The position numbers and the translations under genes were made by a program. Below are positions 1 to 12,171 of a stretch of DNA of 64,000 nucleotides, piece after piece. The notes below the pieces were generated by a model. The model was not told the DNA's origin. It saw only the letters and a program-made list of their open reading frames with translations, and did no database searches. The stretch is from Psilocybe cubensis (lineage: Eukaryota): the NCBI GenBank assembly GCA_017499595.2, contig CM039004.1:1178001-1242000 (forward strand), in the 5' to 3' direction. Every line of letters starts with the position of its first letter. Within the stretch, counting starts at the first letter, position 1.

Positions 1-670
1 ATCTGGGTCTGTCGCTTCATGGTCAAGACCCAGAATTTCTATGCTGAAAGTATCATATAAGGCTGATCGTTTAATAAGTTTTAAAAAGAGTACCTACTGT
101 GGATTCATAATGGCAACAATACCTCCCTCAATGCTGGTTTTGTTCAAGGCCATCCCTGCAAAATGGCGTATGCTTCGTCTAGCGATACAAGTTGATGTCT
201 GTAGATCCCAGCAATGTAGAACAAAACTTCGAGGCTGCGACATCGATAGAGAAATAAGCCACCGATGGTCGTCGCCGGGCACGAACTGGACCGAAACAAT
301 TCGATGTTGAGGGGGCGCATTTAAAGATATGCTTCGTTTGAGCGTCGGGGATGCAGAAGTCCAATTATTTCTCAAGGTGATAGCTTTATGCAAGGAAATT
401 TCCAACTCTTTGGCTGACAGTGACTCGATTAACTTTTGGTTGAGACCAGGAATCGGGATATTTCTTTGAATGGCTTTTTGAAGAAGTGCATCCCAGACGC
501 TTCGCAGGTTAGACAATTCTAGGAACTCTTTGCAGACCTACCAATCACCGTCAGTCACGTCTAAATAGGAGTGCCTGGCGATGACGTACATATCGACACA
601 CTCTAATGTCATCAGCCTCCAAGTGACCGAGGATTAATCGAAATATATCTGTCGGTAGTGTCGCAGTCAT
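1..670 (-). CDS. F-box domain protein (5' part; runs off the left edge)
   Basis: Exons 670-590, 537-98 and 43-1 joined by GT-AG introns give MTATLPTDIFRLILGHLEADDIRVCRY|VCKEFLELSNLRSVW...; LPxDI..IL..L....VCK.F is an N-terminal F-box pattern. Confidence 0.8.
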
Positions 671-1573
671 AACAACACTTCAACGGCTTAAATGCTAGGT
701 TCGGGTGTTCGTTTTACAACATGTGGAATGAGGGGCAATGGTCCAGGATTTGAAAGTTGCTCATGAACATTCGAACCTGGCTTTTATACTTTTTTTCTGG
801 TGATCTCGCTCATGGCAAGAATGTTCACGGGCGTAGACATAGCCGGTTACTCAATACCATGACAAGAAGTTTGACAAAGCCTTTACAACCTTTCACCACC
901 TTATTGTGGATCGCTTCGCATCTAACAACCAGAATAGGTCCGCGTCCCTCGCTCTCTCTCAGACAAACTATAAATTGCGTTAGAGGGAAGCAACTTCACG
1001 GAAAAAAACATATGAGTTCTCAAAGTTGGAATCGCTTATGTATCATCACTTGATACGTTCACCTCCTCCGACATCCGTTCCGTTTCTAATTTAGATGCAT
1101 ACACGAAAATGACGGACGAGCCGAATCATCGGTCCTTGACTTTATCGATGCAATCGCACTTTTCGTCGAACGCAGCGCCAAGTCGAGTACTCGGAGGCCA
1201 CGCAGGAAGAAATTACATCTTTAACCGTGACCAGGGGTTTAAAATTGGATTCATAATGGAAGTTCTGAGCCCAATCTCGACCTTTTAGTAATAAGTCATA
1301 AAACATCGATACCATTGCAAACCCGCATGTCATCTCTGGAATGTTATATGAAAAAGCTAAACTACATTGTTCATACTATACTTTCTTTCGGCTGCCTTTC
1401 GGTCTAGATTATCACACGCTACCAAGTACGGGCGTGCATAGCGCGATGTAGAGATAAAGTTAGCAATTTAGAACAAATCGAGGACTGATAAAACGCCACA
1501 GTATTTTTGGAATGTATCCGCGATCTGGTGCCCCCATTGTTGAAATATCATACAGCCATGAGATACTCAAAAG

Positions 1574-2244
1574 TCGACTGAGCGTGTGCTTGAGCAGTGC
1601 TTGAGCCTGCTTGAGCATCTCGGCAAGGCTCATTTGACTGGCCGATATACCATACGTACAACTTTCCTCGTAAGTCAGGGCCAGTGACCACCGGTTCCGA
1701 CATGTCGAGCAATTTGTTAATGCTAAAATCATGAAATGGCGCCCGTGGGCGTCTGAAATAGATACCCTAGGCCTACCGTTACCCCGCAGAGGACGCTCAT
1801 GTCGAAGTTTAGCATACAATCCTGCAACTGACTCTACCGCCGCAAAACAAAACTCTCAATAGGTCGCTTTTGAGATTACAGAAGGGACATCATGGATCGG
1901 CTAGAGGCTAGTGAGACCTAAAATTGCCGAGATATCTCGTGATAAGAGGTGAGATATTTCACACTTCGAAAGGACTATCTCAAGCGGGATCGACACAACT
2001 TATCCGGCTGTTTGACGAGCTCGGGTTGGGACAACTGTTGAAGTAGGAAACCCTTTGCTGTCGTCAAAGCAAGGCCGCATATTTCGCACCTCGGAGTTTT
2101 GCGATATCCCGCCAGGCTAATGTGTGCCGTGGGTTTCGCATATAAATTCTCGAGACGTGGCTGATGACAGAAAGGTAGGAAAGGTTAGGCCATTCCACAG
2201 AAATGATGTAAGATTATAACAGAATTTATAAGCGATAAAAACGG
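1574..2244. other. Unexplained densely base-paired intergenic element (candidate structured ncRNA)
   Basis: Several nested inverted repeats found by eye, e.g. TATAAATTCT 2141-2150/AGAATTTATA 2221-2230, GAGATATCTC 1929-1938/GAGATATTTC 1951-1960, TTTGACGA 2011-2018/TCGTCAAA 2061-2068. No family signature recognised. Confidence 0.3.
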
Positions 2245-2383
2245 ACCAGTCATGACCGAATAGATCAAAGAGCAAAAAACAGCATAATAAGCTGAGGAAA
2301 AAGATGCAAAGTAAAAAAAATTATGTACAAACGATGCGGTACCGTTATGTCTGCGTGCGTCAATGTCCTGTTGATGTCTGATG

Positions 2384-5025
2384 TCAGAGTCCCTCAATCA
2401 CTTTTCGTACCTCTTCGGCCCTTTTCCTAAATCGTTGTAGTTCGCGTTCGCCGTCTCTCTTGAATTTGTCAAACTCCACGTCCATTTGGTATCGAATCCA
2501 CTCTTCAACGGTCATATCAAGTTCGGGCTCGCTCAAGGCATGTAATGGAGTGAACGGAAGCTTAGAAAGAGGGGGGATGAACGGCGCTTCTGCTGAGTCG
2601 ACATTTGCCTCAGCTGGGATAATTGCCTGTTGAATCTCTTCCTCTGAAGATGTACGCTGCGGGATTGCTCTTGGAGGCGTGACCGGCACAACTTGCATTT
2701 TATCACTGTGCTCGGGATCGATGTCTTCCATACTGACATCGCCGTTCGCCAATGGGGACTGCGGCTTCGGAGATGATGACCGAGGCCCTTGGATGGGCTG
2801 AACAGTCTCGACAATTACCGACTTCTTTTGTCGCTTAGGTTGAGCTGAAACAGGATTTGTTGGAGGATCAGGTTGAGCAATAAGCACCTGTGGCGGTGGA
2901 ACTTGGATGGGTGGCAATGACATATTAACTGAATTTTCCTTGTCCTGATTTTGGATAGGTTTGACTAGAATCTTTTCTTTCTCTTGTGGTTCCTCATCAC
3001 TCGAAATTTCAACAACCTTTAATTTCTGTTTTCCTGCACCAGTCTTCAAATTTGGCACAGGGGACGGGTTGGCAGAAACGGGGGCAAGAGGTTTGTGTTC
3101 TTCAATTGATGGAGGACGTTGCGTATCTTCATCTTCCGACTGCATTTGTCGTGAATATGCAAATTTGGGCTTTGTCTTCTTTTGTTTTTCTGTATGTACG
3201 GTATCGGCTGCACTGTCTGTCGATATTTCAGATTTTGTACCCGTAGTACGTTTAGGAATGAAAAGAGGCTGGAGTTGCGCTATGGATTCTTGAATCGCCT
3301 CCGTAGGTGGATAGGGTGCGAGTGGAGGAACATAGTGGTCGGTGAAAACATCGTCGTCGAAAAGGTTTTGAGCTGCAGGAGCTTGCGGTTTCGATTTGGT
3401 CGCGTTTTTCTTCTTGGGGGCAGGTTCAGCTGCGACGGTTTCAAGTTCTATGTCGGAGGCCTCTGCTGATGATTTTGTTTTGGCTCGTGAGGTTGTCCTT
3501 GTATGCTTGGTTTTTGTTACGCCAGGACCATTCTCCTCTTGTTCTGATTCTATTGCCTTAGCCTTTTGCTTTGTTTTTGTGGCGGCTGGAGGAACCTCCT
3601 CCTGTTCAGAATCTAGTATTTTAGACTTCGACTTTGAACGCGAAGGTTTAGTTTCCGTTGCAGAAGGTGCGACCGATGACTTAGATTTGGACCGTGAGGT
3701 TTTTCGGGGTATCTCCTCTTCAGCATCAGATATAGCCTTTTTGCTACGCGAACGAGATGGTTTGCGAGTCACAGGCAAGTCGGCATCGTCGGGAACGACA
3801 GCATCCTCGGCTTCAGATCTGACAACTGATTTGGAACGTGTCCGGTTCTTCTTGGTTGTAGGGGGTTGGGGTACTGGTGGAGCATCCTCCTCTTCCTCCT
3901 CCACTTCTTCTTCAACAACGTTCTTCAGCCCTGATCGACTGGAGCTCCTAATTTTATTCCCAGGTGTCTTGGCAGAAGATTTCCTAGTGCCCGAAGAATT
4001 GCTGCGTCCCTTTCCAGGCGTTTTTGTTATTGGAGCGGTGTTCGTTGTTGGAGCATCCGATTCGTCTTCAAGTTCACCGTCAAAAGTTTTCGTCGGCTGA
4101 ATGACGTCTTGATGTTTTGACCGGGAAGTTGATCGAGATGGAGGCTTCGCCTGAGATTTTGACGGAGGTTTTGAAGATTGCGCCCGTGAATTCGGTTTTG
4201 TACTGGGAAGCATCTCCGACGACGCTGCGGCAAAGAAGGCGCATGGGAACCCCATTTTATTGTCTCGTTTTCGATGCTCTTCCCTGAGTATATCATATAC
4301 GGTGTAAACGTTTAGAGATTAATGGCCAATGAGTGGTAATCGAGATACCTACAATGGATCGTCTCCTTCATCCCAGCCGCTTAAAGAGAGATTGCAATAG
4401 AAACAAGTCGCAAGGTCGTCACCGTTGTGCTGGGGTGTGTAAACGAATCCAGCGCGTGCCATCTTTACCCAAATATGTCATGCCAGTTAGTTAATAATTG
4501 GGCAGTGAACATGGTTCATACCATCTTGGAGTTGGCACCATGGTTTGGAGTCTTATCATGAATCCATCCCTTTCCAGTAGAGTATGTATCGTGCCGGGCC
4601 TTTTCCATCGATTTATGAGTGGGTATTCGAGATTTGTCAGTAGAGACAAATCTGTTAAACTTAGCTGCATGAAAAGTGTAAAAAAGCAAAGAAACATACC
4701 TTCCCTTGCCATCAAGATCTGATGTTAGCCCACAGCGAGCACTCGCCCAACAGCACGTTTGCCCGCACTTGGTCCAATGGATAAGAAAAGGATCGTCTTC
4801 TTCCTCCCATCCTCCCAGCTCCTTCTCGCACACGTAGCATGTTACATTGTCGGGATCGTCAAAGCTGGGGTCATAGTAGAATCCTGCCTCAGCTAAAGAT
4901 TCTGGATTTGCTTTGAAATGTAGTGGATGTGGCCATTTCAAATTTGTTGTGGAAGACGGTTTCGATGGATTCTTGACACGTTTCGATTTCTTAAATGAGT
5001 TTACGCGAGCTTGTAGTGCGTCCAT
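2384..5025 (-). CDS. BIR1: Inhibitor-of-apoptosis/survivin-like chromosomal passenger protein with two BIR domains
   Basis: BIR 1: LAEAGFYY..DNVTCYVCEKELGGWEEEDDPFLIH..C. BIR 2 (spliced): MARAGFVYTP..DDLATCFYCNLSLSGWDEGDDPL. Then a long K/S/E-rich linker and C-terminal helix DMTVEEWIRYQMDVEFDKFKRDGE, as in fungal Bir1. ATG at 5025 (MDALQARVNSF). Confidence 0.9.
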
Positions 5026-5239
5026 GGGGTGAACTGGTCGGGAGTGGTAATCGCTGGTTTGAATGCAAGACACTGATCAACGTGACAACTGTTGGCGCGC
5101 CTAGTCACGCGCATTGTCACGGGACGTGTTTTCAGGTAAATGTTGTCACATCCCCTTAAGCTGGTGAGATCAAGCAAAAGTCTCAGTAACTTACATCCAC
5201 AACTCAGAATATCCACATTCAATTTTTCTCAGCGAAACC

Positions 5240-8185
5240 ATGGTATCTCCCATGGGACTGAGCTCTCATATTTCCAAAACGTACGGGAAACGATCTGGCG
5301 TTAAACGAAAACAAACGAACGATTCAACTGACCGCAGGGACATAAATGATGTCCCTGCCACTGCTAAACGGAGGAGACGTTCCCCGGACCTGGAGACAAC
5401 TCCCTCCCCTGCTGAAACTGATGCAGTTAGCAAGGACAGCACACCACCCCGGCCGTCACCAAAAACAGTATATGGAACGCCTTGCCAAACGGCTTCCACA
5501 CCTGTTGTTCAACACTCTCCATCCAAACCTGCCCGAGATCTTTCTCTTATCTTTGAAGACATTCTACCAGTCAATAATACATTGCCTTCCCCTTCGAAAC
5601 TTGCGAAACGCATGCTTTCGCGCTCGAAGACGGAGTCATCAGTAGAAGGTCAATCATCACTTCAAGAAACAAAAGTCGAACGTACACCTTCTCTTCCCAA
5701 CCTATCCTCACCTTCGAAAACAGAAGAGCCGGCAGCATCTACTTCAAAGTCAATCTCGGCGATTCTCCCATTAGTCACTCCTTCCTCTAATGCACCGGTG
5801 ACTCGAACATACGCAGGAAAATTCAGGTCATTCCTTGTTTCTTTCCCCGCTACGTCAACGGCGCACGACCCTCTTTCCACTGTTATTGATGCGGACGACT
5901 TGGATGCTCGAGAGTCATATAGCTCACTACGGAATCGATGGGGAGTCGATAATTCGGAAGATGACCCGTACCACTACGCGTCTCCGTCTCCCTCCAAATC
6001 TTTAAAATCCGATTTATCAACTCCAGATACATCTCCGTCTCGGCACGGTAAACGGAAAGGAAAAGCTGTATCAAGTTTCCAGAATCACTCCATATCAATG
6101 CCTGACTTGATGAATCTAAAAAGCATTTCAGAGCTACGTAATAAAGGGGAGAATAGACGCTTTTTCGATGAAGTTGGGTATCTATTTGAGGGTATGGATA
6201 AAACTGGTGGCATCGGGCTTCGACGCGCAAGGTGATTGCGATCTCTTAGCAACTATATCATGGCTAACTGCTTTTCAGCGCACTTGAAATTACGACCAAA
6301 CTATGTGACCCAGATTTTACTCGTAAAGCAAAGGCTGCAGACTTTTTTACCAAAACTTGGGATGTATTTTGTGGTGCCGGAGCAGGTCAAGGTGGAGACA
6401 AGGTATCTACTTCCCAAGAATGATAGGTGGCAATTATTGATTTCACTGTGTCAGTTATTAGATACAATTTTGGCTTTTTTTGTGACACTAGTGGCTCGCG
6501 ATCCCTCTTTGCTTGCTGATTTAGCTCAACATGTTTCTTCTGCCCCATTTCCATCCCAATTGGCACCTAAACAACATCGTGTAGAGTCATCTTCGTTTGT
6601 CGGGGTTCTTCTACATCTTTTGGAGAGATCCTGTTCGGACTGTGATCCTCTTCGTCTGGTCATGCCCAATAGCACTACGGAGGATTCTGATTATAAGAAA
6701 GCAGGTATCATGAAAAAGGACCATTCTACTGTAAGGGCTGCCTTTAAGCTGTTTTTAAATAAAGTTGACCATGTAATCTAGCTCGCATCTGTATACAAAA
6801 CGATTATCAAGTCTGATTTGTTTTCTGCAGAGACGATGGTAAGGCTTGACAATTGAACATTCATTTCATGAGCAATACTCATTAGTCATTTAGATTTCTA
6901 CCTCACTTCTCATTAGTTATACGCTTTCTAATCTGCCGCCTGCTTTAATATCGACCGCGTTCTTTCCATCGTTTCTGGCTTCATTTCGCGCAACACTGGC
7001 CTATGGTACCTCTACTTCTTTAATGTCTGCGTTATCACTTCATTGGAAGGATGTCGCTGAATCAATCTCCTACGAAACCATCTACTACCATCTGCAATTA
7101 CTCGACACGTATCTCCTGGATCAATGGGGCAACTCTGTTCCTGAAGGAAGTCAACCCGAAGATGGCCAACGACAACCACATGAAGCTATAATGGAAGAAG
7201 CTCGTGATACATGGCTCGCTGAGGATTTGATCTCATTGGCTATATGTGTCGAACTTGAGGGAACAAACGGTCCCGAGTTTGGTAAGTATTCTTCGATTTT
7301 GACGTACTATCACTGAACTCGTAAAAACAGCACAAGGCTGCCTTGACATCACCCTGCGGATACTTGTGAGCCTCACTCATGCTGATGAGCTATGGGCACG
7401 CCGAGTTCTCAATTGCGAATATACGATGGGTTGGCTTCTTCGCCTTATTCATAAATGCGGCCAAGACCTCCAACACAATCAACAGCAGGTCAAGGTTGAA
7501 GACGGTGTCAAGTCAGAAGAAGAAAATCATCTTCTCTCAGATAACTTATCAGATTCGGCAACTTCCAGCTCTGCTCTTGACACGTTATGTCTGGCCCTGG
7601 GACTACTCACAAACTTGGTTCAGGTGGTAAAGGAGGCCAGACAGATTGTCTCCGACATTCGTACGTGTTTATCTATATCTTTCAACGAACTTGAGCCACT
7701 GACTCAAGTCTGGCATTGAACTAGGTTTGAATCCATCGTGTACACTTCAAAAACGGGCTTGCATTCGTAAATGTGTTTGCTCGCGCTCTGTCTCAGGTGT
7801 CGAGGTTCTCGCCCATTTATATTCCTCCTTTCAGATCAAGCCCGAAGCCTTACCTACCTCTCTGGATGAGGAATCTCCCGAAGCAAGGGCAGAGGCGGAC
7901 GCCTCCTTCCTACGCGGGCATCTATCAGTTCTCTTTGGTTTGCTCATGAAGGAAAACTCTGAAAATCAATCTAAAATCCTAGCCGCGCTTCCTACTCCCA
8001 CTCTGACCACTTCTAAAAATGTTAATATGGTCAAGCGAGCAAAAATGAGCAGGCTCGTAGAGCAAGCCAAAGACTTTGCAGCCTTTTATACCGCCGTCAG
8101 CAGCAAACTTGGTAGTGACACCAACAACAGCACAGTCAAAGAAGTTGTTGCTTTCTTGGCTAAAACACGAGACTCGTATGCGTAG
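5240..8185 (+). CDS. WPL1: Wings-apart-like (WAPL/Wpl1/Rad61) cohesin release factor
   Basis: Disordered N-terminus with KTYG/RTYAG motifs, then LKSISELRNKGENRRFFDEVGYLFEGMD (start of the fungal WAPL domain) and helical exons (LDTLCLALGLLTNLV, FLRGHLSVLFGLLM). Multi-exon; stop at 8185. Confidence 0.8.
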
Positions 8186-8388
8186 AGTTTTCATTTTCAC
8201 ACTAGTATATTTTTGCATCATTATTTGTATATATTCTTTTGGGAGGTTTTGAGAGGTTTTCAATATGTAAAATAACTGTAGCAATCTGTATACTTTGACG
8301 CGTTACGAGGTACCTGTATATAAGTATAATAAATTACGGCGATACCATACCCCTCTCTAGAGTCTTTAGATCGTACTATATGTTATAA

Positions 8389-11300
8389 TTAACCAAGAGA
8401 CACATTTCCCGTTGGTGTTGCGACGTCGTCGTCCTCATCCTGATCAAATGTATCGCTGAAGTTGTGGTTCACAGAGGGCATATAAAACTGCATTTTCCAC
8501 ATATCACCGATGGTCAGGTTGACATGGTCAAAGGTAGGGACAATTGCGTTCTGCATGGCGAAGTTTGACGGCGTCGGTGTATTTTTAGTGAGATACGGTG
8601 GCATCTTGGGATATCGGGCGGAGAAGTGGGTTAAGACAATGTTTTTTGCATCCATCCTAAGATCGAGCCTTTAGTAAAGCAATGTATCACATCAGAGGGG
8701 AATGACGGCTTACTTTTTCCCTTCCGCGATAGCTTGTCCAATGGTGCTGTGGTTTTTCTTCTTGGCCAACTCAGCTTCTTCATCTGCCATTGTTGCTTCG
8801 TGAATCAACACAGTCACTTTGCGAGCACGGCGACATAAACTTTCTGAAGGGGCAGTATCAGCAGAAAACCTGAAATTGCAATGGACAAAATTAAAAAGGT
8901 CCATTTGTGTTCATGAAAACATTGATACTCACGCAATGCTCCAACCATCTGTGTGGCGGAAGACAACGCCAAAACATCTGCACCGATGGAACACATCTAC
9001 CGTTTGGAAGGATTCCAATCCAAGCGAGGCTCGCATTCTCTTTCCGTTCTTCACGGACCTAACCGAACAATATTAATGAAATGGGATAGGTATAAAAGAT
9101 GTAAACTCACGTTGTATAGTCCAGCCATGGCTCGTCGCCTCCAATATGCCATATCCCTTGCCCGGTGTACCCATTTCGAGAGTTGTAGTGCACGCTTTCG
9201 CTCAATACTGGAACGACGCCGTTCCCGGATGGATCGTCCAGTCCGATGTCTTGTACCGCGTTCATTTCACGAAGATACATATGTACCCCACGAATGGTAA
9301 CAACGTAGAGTGGCTGGTCAGGTGGTGGATCAAGCTGTGAAAACATATAAAATGAGTAATTGATGGAAAAATGTATCTTAATACTCACAAGCTTTCTTTT
9401 CGCGAGGATGTTCGCCAGACCAATATGATGGTCCGCGTGCATGTGGCTGATGAATATGCATTTGAGGTCACGCAGAGCTTGCCAGACGTTGTAAGTCGAG
9501 TCCTCGAGTCCGAAGTTTCGAACCATTTGTCCCCAAGTACCTTCTCCAGCATCAAGTAGAATGTTTCCATACTTAGGTACAGTGATGAGAGTTGACAATA
9601 CTGCAAAATGGGTCATACATCTATCAATTCTCATCAACAAGATATGCTAAACTTACCATTGCGGTATTTACTAGGCAACGACCCACCTGTGCCCAGCGTA
9701 ATGACACCCACATTGGCACCGGGTTCTCCACTCATACTCTTGTCCTTTTGCGCTTCAACCTGGGCAATACTTTGCTTCACCTCTTTGATGGATTCCTTCA
9801 AAGCAAGCGAAAATTCTAGTGGAAGGGTGCCTGTTACTATAGGATGGAACTTGTCTCTTTTCACGACCTCGGGGTCGGGCTCAGGAGGTGTCCATGGCCT
9901 CATGTTGATTTTAAGGGTAGATTTCATTTCAATCACGTTCGGCGGAAGGCCAGATACCTCTATGAACGAATTATAAGCATGACCTCCGGCGTCAAGGTGC
10001 AATGCATACCTGAGAGTGGCTTTTTCGGGGTCAAGTTGTATTTGGGTATATGGAATATCTTTTCGTCGAGTGCTTTCAGACGTAAATGGCTGTGGGCAGC
10101 ACTGGTAAATGTCACTGGATCAGCGCAATGCTCCCTCGAACCAATGATATGCTATGTGGCATCGTGTCAGATAGGAAAACACAATGACTTTCGAAAGTTC
10201 GCATACATGAGCTATTGGTCCGAAACCGTGCATGAAAGCTTTATATCGCTTGTCTTCAAGGACACCCGGTCCACACATGTGATACACCACGCGCATGTTA
10301 TATTCCCTCTCTGTTGTCTCGAACACTGCTGGATCTTTGGCCCAAAATTTCTGGTAGAAGTCGGATTCCTGGAAAGAAGATATCAGAGAGGATATATGGG
10401 CGACCGAAGGCACATCCAGGATGACTATCGCCTACGAATCAAGTCAGATATTTGAAGACGGCTGACCAAAGAACAACACAACATACCGCTGTTTTTTCTG
10501 CAACACCGAGAACCTCTTCAGGTCTCACAGTTTTGATAATAGTTTCCTCTTCTTCCTTGACTTCGAACGTAACTGTCTGTCCCTGAGCTAGCTGACTTCT
10601 TAGCTTCCCATTGGGAATGCCTAATTCCAAGGCCCGTTGGGCGTTGAATTTGCCACGATATTGAGGGCCGACAAGTATATAGGACATTGCAGGAGGGTTA
10701 GTAGATGATCGTAAGTTAGATTCAGGATTGGGAAGTTGTAACCTGAACCCAGGCGGCGGAGAAATCTTGGTGGACCGCTTGTAATCATCTATCTATTCGA
10801 TGTTATTACAGATGCTTCCTCTTAACCAAAAGGGACTTACATCGACCTTCTCCTCTTCCTGAGGCGAAACACTAACAACTAAAGAGGCGAATGAAGTATC
10901 ATGTAAAGCATTAAGTCATACAACGTACCATTGGCGTCCTTTGAATCTTTCTTTTTGCCCTGCTGAGGTTTGGGTTTCTTCTCCGTCTTTAGTGAATTCG
11001 GTCGCGTATTGGGAAACATGCTACGAATGATTGCAGAACGATATTCATCCGCCAGCTCTCCGGTCAGAAATTCTGGTTTGAACCCTTCCTTTTGCATCGC
11101 CTTCCATAAAGCATCGGAGTACAGAATTTTTCCTGGCGCGTTTCGCTTTGTGTCTTCAACGTGATGTTTCTTGTGAGGAAAGTCAGGCGACGGTTCGCGT
11201 TTCCTTTTTCCTGACGCGTCTGAGGAAGTCTCACAGTCCATCAAGTCTGTGGATTCCGAAGTGATCACTGATCGAGTTTTCTCAGATGAACTCGCCGAGT

Positions 11301-11820
11301 CTTCAGGAAGGACAGGAATGGAGTAAACTTTCAGATTGTCATCTGTATAACATGGCTTTGGAGAAGAAGAGGGTGCCGTTTGTACCCAGGGGAGTTCAGT
11401 AGACTTGATGTTGATGGTGTCTCTAGTCGATGTTAAAGTATGACAGAAAGACGATTACACCGAACTTGCCTGTAGGTATAGAACCGCATACTAGCCAATA
11501 TATGGTTGAAACCGGGTGGTGCAAACACATTGAGGTTCTCGATCGTAGCATCGGCAAAGGTCATAAGCAAACCTTGCGATATGTTAGCACACGAAGAAGG
11601 AAGCAAAACTCTTCATACCTGGAAATCCGCCCACCTTCTCTATTCTAGCCTGTGTATAGAATAACGCACGCGTCCGCTTCCAGTTCCGACCAGTCTGGAG
11701 AAAGGCGCGGGTCGTATTTTCGCTAGTATTGAATATGTACTTTGCATTATCAAACGTGACGATGATACACGGTTCGGTGTCAGAAGAGACTGAAGTGAGC
11801 ACAGAAGAAGACCAGTTCAT
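8389..11820 (-). CDS. TRZ1: tRNase Z, long form (ELAC2/Trz1)
   Basis: YIFNTSENTTRAF, RGKFNAQRALELGIPNG (flexible arm), LGTGGSLPSKYRN, LLDAGEGT, SHMHADHHIG (HxHxDH), SADT, LIHEAT, HST, LTHFSARYPK. First ATG 11820; possible GUG extension from 11928. Confidence 0.95.
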
Positions 11821-12171
11821 GTCGCGGCGAGGTTCTGGCTGGTCTCGAGGAAACCTGCTGAAGCGACGGATGAGGGAAATTCCAGATTTCCCTGTAAGAT
11901 GACGGAAAACTGCCCGGAGATTAGCCACTTTGCCCTATTTCAGAGCGCACGAGTGCTCTTCCAAAGACATCACACTCAAAATTTGGACAAGTCATGGTTA
12001 TTGCGGCCGCCGGCCCGGCCATCCGTTGCCCGCTCTGGTGCACAGTCCGAAGCGGCCGTCTCAGTCTCATTCACGTTTAGTCACCATCAACATCGTTAAC
12101 CATCGCCTTGCGCCTTCTATACCCTCATAAGGGTCCCTTTACCGACTGGGGGTCCTTTCTTTTTCCTCAGA

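Noticed and set aside
1373..1510. Partial resemblance to the U3 5' end (ACTATACTTTC), U2 stem I and an Sm site (ATTTTTGG)
   Set aside because: U3 box A and the U2 branch-pairing GTAGTA are absent; the matches are short.
2164..2207. SECIS-like spacing (ATGA-N12-AA-N23-GA) inside a long stem, downstream of the in-frame TGA at 1559
   Set aside because: Helix II next to the core cannot pair (AGAAA faces AGAAA), and Dikarya are not known to have selenocysteine machinery.
3396..4100. Long antisense ORFs (also 31780-32616, 49366-49779, 63159-63632)
   Set aside because: Shadows of real genes on the opposite strand, caused by low complexity or codon bias.
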